64,000 bases of DNA from Vicugna vicugna (Eukaryota): the NCBI GenBank assembly GCA_013265495.1, contig MU059546.1, positions 372,001 through 436,000 on the forward strand. Direction: 5' to 3'. Shown in pieces: positions 44,722-64,000 of the stretch. Both the position numbers and the translations under genes were made by a program. The notes beneath the pieces were generated by a model. That model worked only from the letters and a program-made list of their open reading frames with translations. It ran no database searches and had not been told where the DNA came from. Numbering within the stretch: position 1 is the stretch's first letter; each line of letters starts with the position of its first letter.

Positions 44722-47700
44722 ATGCAGCCTACAGCCACCATGGCCACAGCCGTCACCACCCCTGCCACTGTCGCCCTAACCACAACGTGGGACAACGTCA
44801 CGGGCCGCCCCACGGTGAGTGAGGTGGGCAGGTTGGGGAGGACTGGTGGGGCGGGGCCACCAGTCCACACCTACCGGCACTGACACAGCTCCCCCCAACT
44901 GCTGCCCCTCCTGCAGACTGAGCCGGACCCCATACTGGACAACTCTGTGCTGCTGGTGGTGGTGATGGCACTTTTCGTTGGGGGCACGCTCGTGGTGCTG
45001 TCTGGCGTGCTGCTGCTCTGCAGGCGCTGCTGGGAGGTCCACCGGCGCCTCCACAGGTGCGCAGCCCCAACCGCCCCCACCAGGGAGCAGGGACAGGTCA
45101 GCACGAGAGCCTGTCTGGGGTGCAGGTTGTGTCCACCAGCCAGAGTCCTGGGCCTGCTTTTAGTGTCGTCTCCCCAGCGTGTGCTCACACAGGGCCCATG
45201 GAACATGGCAGTCCAAAGAACCAGGCTCCTGTGAGCCTGGGACACTGCCCTTGGGCATAAGCCCTGCAGGGACCTGTGGGCAGTACTGTCTGGGCCCTCC
45301 AGCCCACTGTGCTCCCCGACTGTCCCTCCCCAGAGCCCCGGAAGAAGCAGAGAAGACCGCAACCACCTATCTGGACAGCGGCACACACCCAGCCCCAGGT
45401 GAGGGGCCGGCCAGGTCCCGAGCCCCACCCATCTGCCCACCCTCCCGTCTGCCCCCCCGGCTGCCCCCCTTGGGCCGCCTGACCATCTGTGTCTGTCTGT
45501 CTCCCCCACCAGACTGGGCGCAGCTCGCTTCCGACTCATCTCTGTTTCCTTAAGCCCACGCGTAGGTGCCCGCAGGCGCATGCTGAGTGAGTGAGTGTGT
45601 GAGCGGCTGAGCGAGTGCCCGTCCACCCCCGCCCCGTCCCGGGCGGTCAGTCGGGCCCTCCGCGCTCCCTTCCGGACCTGCCCCTCCCAATGGCCCGCCT
45701 GGCACCCAGCACGGCCCGCTCGGGGCCCACCCTCTCTTGGCTCTCCTCGCAGACCCCGACTTCAGGGGGGAGGACCCTGAGGGCCAGGATGCTGAGACCG
45801 AGCGCTTCCTGTCCACTGGCTCCACTGGCCGCCGGGTGTCCTTCAACGAGGCAGCCCTATTTGAGCAGAGCCGGAAGGCGAGGGACAAGGGCCGCAGGTA
45901 TGGAGGCTGGGCAGTGGGGGAGCAGGCTGGCCTCCCTGGATGCCCTGCTCTCCCCTACACCTGGCAGGGTGACAGCAGTCCCAGAGAGGATGGCAGGGTG
46001 TGGGCTGGGGGCCTGGCTCCCCCTCAGTGGGGCTGCACGTTGAGGGGGCAGCCCGCTGGTGACAGGCAGGCATGCTGGGCGCAGGTACACCCTGACGGAG
46101 GGGGACTTTCATCACTTGAAGAACGCCCGCCTCACACACCTGCACCTGCCGCCCCTCAAGATTGTCACCATCCATGAGTGTGACTCAGGCGAGGCCAGTG
46201 CCGCCACCACACCGCACCCCGCTGCAGCCCCCAAGGCCAGCCTTGCCATATTCCAGGTGAGGAGGGGTTGGTGGCTGGCCCAGGGCTCCAGGCAGGACCC
46301 CACCCTCACTGCCTTCCCCACCCTCCAGCTGGGCCCCTCATCTCAGGATGGGGGGTGGGCCGGCTGGGTACACTGTGGGTGGCAGGCCCAGCACACCCTC
46401 NNNNNNNNNNNNNNNNNNNNNNNNNNNNNNNNNNNNNNNNNNNNNNNNNNNNNNNNNNNNNNNNNNNNNNNNNNNNNNNNNNNNNNNNNNNNNNNNNNNN
46501 NNNNNNNNNNNNNNNNNNNNNNNNNNNNNNNNNNNNNNNNNGCCCTGCCGACTTCGAGATCAGCCCCTCGGCATCCAGTGACTCTGGGGAAGGCACCTCG
46601 GTGAGGCCCCTGTGTAGGCACCCCTGCCCCACCCCAGGAAGAATCATTCTGTGGTCCCCCACCCACCATGGCCCTCCTGGCCCCTGCACTCAGGAGGGAG
46701 AGGGGCCACTGGTGCACGCATGCCAGGGGCAGGGTGGCAGCTGCAGGTGGGGGTGGCGGGGTTCAGGCCCCATCTCGGGCAGTGGGCCAGGAACCCCAGA
46801 TGCTCACCCTCCGACCCCCTCTGTTCAGGGCTGGGAGAACAGAGCTGGCCAGTGACTGGCTGAGCCCCTGGGGAGCCTCTCAGGCAGGGTCTCAGTGGGA
46901 AGGAGGCCCCAGCCCCTGGGCTTAGCATGGCTCCTACTCCCCGAGAGTCCCTGGCTCTTCCTCAGCACAAATGCAGAGCTGTGAACCAGGCCAGGAGTCT
47001 GCGTGTCTGAAAGAATCCCTCTTTCCTCACAGTTGGATGCGGCTGTCAGGAGTGCCAAGCCTGGGGGCCCCGGGGTGGCAGCAGGACTGGGGGAGGCGGG
47101 CCCCGGCTCTGGGGCGGGCCCTGTTCTGCAGTTCTTCACCCGCTTGAGGCGCCACGCCAGCCTGGATGGGGCCAGCCCCTACTTCAAGGTCAAGAAGTGG
47201 AAGCTGGAGCCCAGCCAGCGGGCGTCCAGTCTGGACACAAGAGGTGAGCTGTGGCCCCTGGCAGGGAGCAAGGCCCAGAGGCTGCCGTGGAGCAGGAGAC
47301 TCTGCGCCCAGGGCAGGGTCCCCGTGCCCCACCCCGCTGGCCGGCCTCACCCACTTGCCACCAGGCATTTTGCCCAAGGTCTTAGAGCTGGTCAGGAGGA
47401 GGACCCAGGGCTGCATGCTGTTCCCCAGTAAAACGAAAGGCTTTTCGGTCCAGAACACGGATTGGTGAACTTTTCCCTTGAGGCACCAGATGGTTGGTTT
47501 TGGCTTTGGGGTCAGTCCGTCTGCTGTTGCATGAAAGCAGCCCTGGATAACGTGTAAATGAGGATGGTTTGTGCCAATAAAGCTTTATTTATAACAGGTG
47601 GTGGGTCTCCAATCCTACAGACCCCTGGTCACATGGGGCACTGGATACAGGGCTTCTAAACTCTCCACCCAAGGACCCTGCGTGGGGAGTGGGCACTGAC

Positions 47701-50700
47701 AGTGGGAACCAGCTCTGCCAAAGGGAGCTCAGTGGGGCCAGGCCACTGGGACACCTGCTGCCCAGTGGAGGAGGTGGCAGGTCCCGGTGCCAGGAGAGGC
47801 AGAGAGGGGACAGGCAGTGTTGGAGATGAGGGAAGGTGCATGGCCAGTGACAGTGAGCCTCCTTGTCAGGGCCTGGCTCCAGCTGGCACAGGGGCAGGAG
47901 GGGTGAGTTCTGGCAGAGGTGCCGCTGGCCAGGGAGGGGAGGGCCTATCCCACTGCCCTGCTGGGAGCCCAGATGGAGCCTGTGATTCCTGATGGTGATT
48001 ACAGTCAAATGCAAAAGCACCCAGAACCTGTTTGCTGGGTGACTCTCATCCCTACCCCGAGGCCTTCCCAGCTAGGCCTCTTGTCATGGGAGGATCCTGG
48101 CACCTGGCCAGGGGGCCCACCGGCCAGGCTGGGGCTGGAGCTGGAGCTGGCGGGAAAGGGCTTTACCTCTCTCCCCTCAGCTGTCCCTTACTCACCCAAG
48201 CCTTCGGCCTTCTGCACTCCAGCTGGGCTGTGTCTGCCGCTGGGTATCTGTCCGGTACAAGTCCTTGCTCTGGCCACACCCATCTGCTGGGACCACTTGG
48301 GGCAATACTGCCACCTTGGCAGCTCAGCCCACACCTGGCCTGGTTGCTGGGCTTTTGGTCCTGGCCCTTCTGCCCTCTGTGCCTTGGTTCCCCAGGGTGC
48401 ACACTCACCTGGCCTAGGCTGGGGTCTGCTGGCTTGGGGGTGAGAGTGGGCCCAGGGCTGGGAGGGGCCCAGGCAGGCTGCCGTGCCTTCCTCTGCACAG
48501 GCTCCCCAAAGAGACACCACTTCCAGCGGCAGCGGGCAGCCAGCGAGAGCATGGAACAGGAGGAGGGGGATGCCCCCCAGGTGGACTTCATCCAGTACAT
48601 CGCCAGCGCTGGCGACGCAGTGGCCTTCCCGCAGCCCTGCCCCTTTCTGGCCAGCCCCACCAGCCCGCCCCCCCCTCTCGGCAGGTATTTTTCAGTAGAT
48701 AGAGGTGCCAGGGGTGGACTTGTGGGCCCCTGCCCCACCCCTTCGGACAGGCGGTCGTGTCCCTCTGGCTCCACCGTCCCTCCCGGAGGCTGCCTGGCTG
48801 GGGCCACCTCTCCAGCACCGACCAGAGGGAAGCAGGGGGAGACTGGGTAAGGGTAGAGGGGTGGGCAGGGCCCCGGGTTACCAAGACAGGATGCCTGCTC
48901 AATCAGGGACGCTGTGGGTGGATGTCTGCACAGGTATTGCCACTTCCTGCTGGTGCCCACGGCCTGAAGGGCCCTGCCCGCCTGCCCATGCTCCTGAGGA
49001 CTAGATGGCCCCTACTCAGAAACTTGTGACCACTTCTGCCAGCAATGCTCCCTCCCCCTGCCCAAGGGCAACTGTCCTGAAGCTCTGGGCCCATGGCAGT
49101 GGGATAGGCAACAGGATCCAGGGAGCAGGGCACTTCCCTGTCCCAGGAGTTAACACTTTTTGTTTATTCTCCTGGTTCCTTAACAAATCTACCTTGGGAG
49201 GTGAGGCTTCATACCCAGACTCACCCAGGGGGAGGGGCTGAGCTGGACTCCACTCCTCCCATCCATCCCCAGCCGCCCCTTGGTACAGTAAGTTGTTAGG
49301 AAGAAGGCATCTCCCAAGGCGAGGCTTAAGCTCTTTCTGGTCAAGGGGCCAACCACCAGCAGTGCCAGCAGATGCCTGGGTCAGATATTCCAAGAGAAGC
49401 CCCCATTCAGCAGGTGCCAGGAAGGCTCCGGGTTTACCCAAAAGGCAGTCCCTGAAAAGTAGACAGGCAGGCAGCATTTAAAAAGTTCATCTTCCACAGG
49501 GCCTGGCCAAGCCTGTAGGGTTCCTACCCGTGCCCATCCTCTCAGACCCAGAGGCAGGGTGGCCGGGGAGGGGTCGCGGGGGCCTTCACAGCCTTCTGAC
49601 AGCTGCTTCCTGGTTTGCAGGCTAGAAGCAGCCGACGAGGTGGGCGCTGCGGGAGGATCAAGCCCTGATTCCCCCCCAGAGCGCAGCGGCAGCGCGGGGC
49701 CTGAGCAGGAGCAGCAGCATCAAGAGTCAGACAGCGAGCGGGACGCAGGGCCAGAGCAGGCCCAGACCATCTACCGTGACATCTGGAGCCTGCGCGCCTC
49801 GCTCGAGCTGCATGCTGCCAACGCCTCGGACCACAGCAGCAGCGGCAACGACCGCGACTCGGTGCGCAGCGGCGACAGCTCGGGTTCAGGCTCTGGAGGC
49901 ACTGCACCCGCCTTCCCGCCGCCCTCGCCGCCGCCCACACCGAGGACAGCCGACAGCGAGGCGGGTGGGCCGCGCAAGCTGCTGCAGATGGACAGTGGCT
50001 ACGCCAGCATTGAGGGCCGCGGCGCGGGCGAGGACGGGCTGCCCAGCGCGCCTGAGAAGCGCTCCTCCTTCACGAGAATGGGCCGTGAGTTTATGGTGAG
50101 CAGCAGCTTCGAGGGGCCCATCGAGCCCGCGGCCGAGGCGCCCTCCCGGCCCCGCAGCCCCCGTGCCTGGCCCCGCCGCGCCCCGCGCCGCGACTACAGC
50201 ATTGACGAGAAGACGGACGCACTGTTCCACGAGTTCCTGCGTCACGACCCGCACTTCGACGATGCCCCGTCCGCCGCCACTCGCCACCGTGCACGCGCGC
50301 ACCCGCACCCCCACGCACGCAAGCAGTGGCAGCAACGTGGCCGGCAGCACAGCGACCCTGGCGCGCGGGCCGCGCCCTCCGCCCCACCCACGGCCCCACC
50401 CGGCGCCCCCCGACCCGTGCGTGCGCCCCTGCGCCGGGGAGACAGCGTCGACTGCCCGCCCGACGGCCGCGCGGGTGACGACCCGGCGGTCCCCGCTGTC
50501 CCTGCCATCCCCGTCATCGAGGAGGAGCCCGGCGGTGGCTGCCCGGGCTCCGGCCTGTGTGCCGGACCCCCAGGGGCACTACTGGACAAGCTGGCGGCCA
50601 GCCTCGACGACAGACTCTTCCCTCCCCGCCTGGCCGAGCCCGTTGCCGTGGCTCCCGCGCTGGCTGCAGCTGCACCCACGTCCCCCGACCACAGCCCGGT

Positions 50701-50704
50701 CTAA
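44722..50704 (+). CDS. CBARP: CACN beta-subunit-associated regulatory protein (BARP), about 740 aa; CDS exons 44722-44814, 44917-45056, 45334-45398, 45753-45897, 46085-46256, ~46460(in gap)-46600, 47033-47243, 48501-48684, 49621-50704
   Basis: MQPTATMATA, TM segment LLVVVMALFVGGTLVVLSGVLLLC, RRVSFNEAALFEQ, YTLTEGDFHHLK, YRDIWSLRASLELH, DYSIDEKTDALFHEFLRHD, end PTSPDHSPV. Visible junctions are GT-AG and in phase. The start of exon 7 is estimated because it lies in a gap. Confidence 0.95.
46401..46541. other. Assembly gap (141 N) hiding the 5' part of a CBARP coding exon
   Basis: Run of N; the reading frame resumes as PADFEISPSASSDSGEGTS|GTGAGG. Confidence 1.
47576..47589. terminator. Palindromic double poly(A) hexamer AATAAAGCTTTATT in CBARP intron 8
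   Basis: AATAAA on both strands, seen directly. Confidence 0.45.
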
Positions 50705-51544
50705 GCCTGCGCCTCACGCCCACTTCACCTTGTTCGTCGCCGGCGGGGGCCCCCACGCCTTGGCGCCGGACGCCCCGGCGCGCATGCGCCAGGACCGAGG
50801 GCCTCGAGCGCACGCTAAGTGCCCCAGGCGCCCCGCGCCGCCCCAAAGTGCGCAGCACACGATCCCTCCAGGCACTTCACTGGGTCCCTGCGGAATCGCA
50901 AGGCCAAGAGGACCCTGGCTCGACTAGAGGGAGTGTGGTGGATTCTCATCTTCGAGCTCCTGAGGACGACGTCCAGCTTCCGCCGGCGCAGACAGCAGCG
51001 GGGTGGTGACCGGAAAAATCGCGCGCACCGCACCGCGTCTGGGGCACACAGCGGCGGGAAGCGCAGGCACAGGGGCTGCATCCTGGAGGGGCGACGAGTT
51101 CCGACTGCGCGAGACGCATGCAGAGTGCCCCTCACAGGCCCAGTTGAGCCTCGAGAGGCGTCGGGTCTGCACGCGCCGAGGGCTCTGCGCCAGGGCGCCT
51201 GCGCCGAGGCTGCCGGGGCTGGGACAGCGGGGCGCTGAGGATCCATGTAGAGTGCGCCAGCAGGACCGGGAGGCTGGCCGAGGCCGCGGCCGCCGATCTC
51301 CCAAAGCGGAAGCCGTTTACCTCACCGCGGCGTGCTCGCGGCAGTCCGTGTCCCCTTCGAGCAATAACCGCACCTGCCACTGCTGCTGCCAGCCCTGAAC
51401 ACCTCCTCCCGCAGCCCTCCTCCCAGTGTCTGCGCCCCTGTGCTCGCCCTCTGCATGTTGAGCGGGCTGCACACCCAGTAACCGCACCGTCCAAAGAGCT
51501 GCCAGGACTCACCAGTATTTGAGACATAAAACCCAAACGGTCAA

Positions 51545-52613
51545 GGTTTCAAGTTTCCCAAGCTTTATTTATTGCCAAAAGTTGGGGCAGCCCTCGCCAG
51601 CGGCCGGCCGAGCTGCCCCGCCCCGCCCCGCCCCTCCCTCGGAAGCTTTGTGCCCTGTACTATCCAGTGATGGAGTTTCTTGTGTTGTGTTTTCTGGTTG
51701 ATTATAAATATTTACTGCCTACTCTGGCTTGCTCTGGGTTTTCTCCGGGGACCCAGGAGCACAGAGGCCTTGGAGGGAAGGGGGTCAGGGCACCCCTGAA
51801 CACTGCACTGTGGAGCCATGGGCCCTGGGCTGAGCAAAGGCTGGCCTGTTGTGATTTGGGGAGGCCGAGTCACCACTGAGAGCAGAGATCCAGACGGCAA
51901 AAGGCAGACACGCCTGGGAGACCCAGATCCCCACGAGACACCACCAGCAAGATCAGCAGACGCCAGCCAGCCCCACACACTGGGGTCCCAGAACAGCCCC
52001 CGGCTCAGACTCAGATTCCCCACCTTATAGCACGTCCTGCCTCCCACAATTCCCAAACACCCCTCACAACCACAGCTCAAATCCACCTGTTTTATTTTTT
52101 CTTTTTTTTTTAAAAAAGAAAGAAACCAACCAAACAACAAAAACAAGGCAGCCGCCTAGCTCCCTTGGGCGCTGGGCATGCACCTGGGTGGAGAGGCCTG
52201 CTCGTGATGCCCGTCCCGCTGCGGCTCTGGTTGGTTTGAACGCGTCACCAGGTGTGGGAGGCGCTAACGAGTGGCAGAGTAAAAAGGAGTTGGGGCAGGC
52301 GAGAACCAGTAGTCTCAACATAAAGTGCATGGCGAAGGCTGGCTCGGGCCACATCGGGCCCTCTCCCTCCTCCCCTGGCTGGGGGAAGGGGCTCAGCACA
52401 GGATTGCAGTCAGCAGGAGGTCATGTCCACTGGCCATCACGGGAAGGCCAGACCCCAGTCCCTGCTGTCCCCCAGCCACATCCCTCCAGGCCCCCCCAGC
52501 TTCCGGAGGGGCAGTCAGCATGAAGGGCCCGGTGGTGGCCTTCCTGGGTGGTGGGCAGCAGGCCAGCACTTGGCGGGAAGACTGAGGACCTGGCAGGGGC
52601 TCCCGGAGATGAG
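51545..52613 (-). other. STK11: STK11 exon 10 (3'UTR only)
   Basis: Acceptor CCTTCTGTCCTGGTCTCAG|C at 52614/52613; the upstream donor at 53297/53296 lies 15 nt after the stop codon. Confidence 0.8.
51564..51573 (-). terminator. STK11 distal poly(A) signal (overlapping AATAAATAAA)
   Basis: TTTATTTATT on + strand; matches the recalled STK11 mRNA end CAATAAATAAAGCTTGGGAA. A second AATAAA lies at 52091-52096 (minus). Confidence 0.8.
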
Positions 52614-53311
52614 CTGAGACCAGGACAGAAGGTGGGTCACTTCTGAGCCAACACACACGCTCTGCTGCCCCTGGGCCCCCTATGTAGGCTGGGGAGACTG
52701 AGGCTGGGTCACACGGTGCTGTCAGACGCCTCAGGAGCCCAGGGAGGGCTGTGCTGCCTTGAGGGCCCTCCCTGCCTGGCAGGAGCAAGCACTGCCCTGA
52801 CACCACTCCCTCCAAAGCAGTTTCTACTCCCCCTGGCTGATCCTGATGCTGGCAGATAAGCTCTTTGGGGGCCCTTTCAGGGGCAGCTCCCAGAAGAGGG
52901 GATGTGGCTGGGCAAGGTCTATGACCTGAAGCTCCCACTGCCTCTGGGGCAGTCAGGGGTGGGAGGAGGAAGCAGAGAGGGGACCAGGCAGCAACCAAGA
53001 CTACAGCCTCAACCAGACCACAGCCCCTCCCGGCCCTCCCAGCCTCCCACCCTCCCTCACCAAACACCAGGAGCAGCCTGGGCTGGAGGAGGGATGAGCC
53101 CCTTGGGTTGAGGGGCCCTCCCCCAAGTGAGCGGCCAGTGTCCTGCTGAAAGTGCCCTCCCTCCACCTCCAACCCAGACCCCAGTGGCAGTAAGCACAGA
53201 GTGACGGCTGCGAAGGGCAGGGCTGGCTGTGGTCAGGCACTGGCAGTGCCCACAACCTTCCCCCCACCCACTCTGCTGGTCCCCACCGTGTCCCACCTGT
53301 GGGCAGCATCC

Positions 53312-61292
<7,981 letters not shown>

Positions 61293-61592
61293 TCAGGGAC
61301 AGCGGGATGGCAGGGCATCGGCACCCCCGTGCGTGGGAGCTGGCGTGACCACAGCCCAGGGACGGCTCAGCTTGCCCTTGGCATCCCCTCAGGGTCTCCC
61401 TCTGGGACTGAAGCCCCAGCCCCACGCCACTGCTAGGGTGTCTCCATGAGGACAGGACCTCCTTCCTCTCCCCGCACCCTGCCAGAGCGGACCAGGGCAG
61501 GGCCCAGCACTGCCCGCTCTGCAGATGGCCTCCTGACGCTGCCTCTCTCCCCACGGGGCCTGAGCAGGATGGGCCCTGACAGCCCAGATGTG

Positions 61593-62110
61593 GGGAATGC
61601 TCAGCAGTGCCTCAGAAGGTTGAATGGTCCACCAACTGACCCAGCAATTCCACTCAAGGTGCTCACCCAGGAGAACTGCTTACAGAGCCCTGCACGCGCG
61701 TGCTCACGGCAGCACGACCCACCAAAGCCCCAAAGTGGAAACAACGCAACTGTCCCTCCACATGCAGAAATTATCACTCGGCCACACAAAGGAGAGCAGC
61801 CCTGACACCTGCTCCCATGTGGATGGACCCTGAGAGCACAATGCTTAGTGAGAGAAGCAGACACAGAAGGACACACAGTGTGTGTTGTGACTCCATGGAT
61901 GTGAAACATCCAGAACAGGCCAGGCGGCAGACACAGGGAGGGGGCTCCTGGCTGTCAGGGGCTGGGAGGGGGTGTGGTGGATGAGGAGGTGACTGCTAAT
62001 GGGGACAAGGTTTCTTCTTGGGGTGACAGAGTGTTCTGGAACTAGAGGTAATGGTGGCACACCTCTATGAAGATTCTAAACGGCACCAAATTGCATGACA
62101 TCCGAATAGT
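61593..62110 (+). mobile_element. Ancient LINE-1 3' end fragment (L1MA/L1MB-like) in STK11 intron 1
   Basis: GACCCAGCAATTCCACTC, AAAGTGGAAACAAC, GTGACTGCTAATGGG...GGTTTCTT...GGGGTGA...TGTTCTGGAA are hallmark motifs of old L1 3'UTRs. Confidence 0.85.
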
Positions 62111-62424
62111 ATCTCAATGAAGACTTCAAAAGTCCTCACCAGGAAGCATGAGACATCAGAACAGCCAGGAAGGTAAGGGGCCCCCAATCCTGTCAGAAAC
62201 TTGGGTCCCTCCCTCCCACTGTCCAGGTTCCACAAAAAGGTCACCTACTCCAGGAAGCCCATCCTGACAGCGGCCAGGCGTGGATCCCATGCCATAACAC
62301 CTTGCATCCTCATAAGTGTCAGTCCTCCAGGGGCTGCAAAGCCAGGAGCCTCCGAGGCTGCTGCCATGCGGATTCCCCACCTCGGCACTCAGACAGCCTC
62401 TGAGGGGAGGGCGCCTGGAAACTC

Positions 62425-62456
<32 letters not shown>

Positions 62457-62465
62457 TGTGTGTGT
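62425..62465. repeat. (TG)n microsatellite, about 20 units with one TA interruption
   Basis: Seen directly. Confidence 0.95.
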
Positions 62466-64000
62466 CCGTCCCCCACCTGCGGGCTGCCCTGCCCCACTCT
62501 GCCAGAGGGTCTGCGGGCACGGGAGCAGCAGGAACCGAGCCGTCGTTGCCCTGTCCTTCCATGGTTACCCCTTACCACCTGACCTTGGAGGGCCTGGGGC
62601 GCTACACACGTTAAACACACAAGATGAAGTGGAGGGAGAGGCAGCAACTTACAGCCACGGGGGGCGCCCCGGTTTGCACCAGCTGACCACTGGGGGTTTA
62701 GCCTGGTATCTAGTGTGAGCAGGACCCACACTCAATTCTCCCGTGAATAATTAACACATGGTAACCCCACCTCAGCCCTGTGACACGGGACTATTTGACC
62801 ACCAATGTCCTCAGACCTTGCCAGGTGTCCCTGGGGCAAGATCGCAGGATGCATCCCGGGGATCGGGACGGTCCTGGCTGGGGAGCACCCGTCCAGCTGC
62901 TCCTCTTGCCTGTGAGCCCCCTCCCGACCTCTGGCAGGTCCTCCCAGAACAGTCCAGGCGCTGGCCTCCAGATCCCACCTGCTCCGCGACGGACCTCACC
63001 AGGCCCATCTGTGGGGCTCGGGCAACCAGACGCCCAGGGCCTCCCCACCACTGCCTGGGAGCAGCCCTGTGCGGCAGTCCTCCTTCCTCCTCCCTGCATC
63101 CCACCACCTGGATCACCCCAGAGCTCTGACTCCTGGCCCCACTGGCTGCCAGCTCCCCTGGCCAGAGCTCAGCCCTGACTCAGGGGCCCTCTACCCACCG
63201 GCGAGTCCCACCGCACTTTTATCCAACAGACGTGTGGCAGCAGGAGACAGCAATGGGACGCACTATCAGACCCCAGCTGCCCCTGACAGGCCATACTCAG
63301 CCAGCGGTGCATACGCCAGTTGCCACGAGGTCCCTGCCACCTGCTGCCTGCTGTGCGTGCAGAGCCGGCTCCTCTCAGAGACCACTCCTCAGCACCTGCC
63401 ACCCACCCAGCCAGCCAACTTACCTGTGGAGCCACCTGGCCAGCATGGGGCCAGCGGCCAGGACTGGGAGGCGGCTGTGTGGGCGCCTGGGGGCGGAGGG
63501 GGGCAGGTGTACAGCCCCAAGAGGGGAAGCACATCACAGGGATGAAGGATTGCCCACACGCAGACCCCATGTCTCCCCAACTCTAGTTTCCGAAACTGCA
63601 CGTGGGGTGACGAACAGTTAGCACAGACCCTAGCTCAGGACAGCTCAGATCACCCGTCCGAGCCAGCCTCTAAGCCCTGGAATCTTCCTCCAGTCCCTCT
63701 CCTCTGCATCCAGACAGACCACGACAGCTTCTCTCATCGCAGCCAAGACGCAAGTGTTGAGACAAGGAGCGCTCAGACCTTGAGCCGACATGTGGCCACC
63801 TTGGGGATGGGGCAGCAGCCTGACACGTGAGTGTGGAAATAAGGCCCTGAACTCCGATGCAGGCTGCCAACAACACTGTGGGGCAGCTCCTGGACCAGGG
63901 GCCCGCTGCACACTGACAGGCCCTGGGAGCTCACCCAGTCCTTCCCGACTGCTCTGCTCTCTGTGTTCTGACTTACTCCAGGCCTGGAACTACCTTCTGG

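Overview
GC-rich mammalian genomic DNA, not prokaryotic: no CRISPR arrays, rRNA or tRNA genes are visible. Gene order matches human 19p13.3 read in reverse: EFNA2 (exon 1 only, minus strand, mostly hidden in an N gap), FAM174C (-), CIRBP (-), MIDN (-), ATP5F1D (-), CBARP (+) and STK11/LKB1 (-, exons 2-10; exon 1 lies beyond the window). I rebuilt the exon structures by hand from splice sites and reading frame. Most long ORFs in the supplied track are artefacts of high GC. Protein and repeat identifications rely on my recall of the orthologues and consensus sequences, not on a database search. The most promising leads are cryptic or alternative RNA-processing modules: a candidate NMD exon circuit in CIRBP, a cassette exon plus a candidate 21-nt microexon inside the MIDN Catch domain, and, in CBARP, a stop-containing exon, a uORF and a palindromic two-way poly(A) signal. 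Other leads are an orphan promoter between MIDN and CIRBP and an LKB1-short tail with Glu at the recalled phospho-Ser position. I found no evidence for a wholly new gene system.
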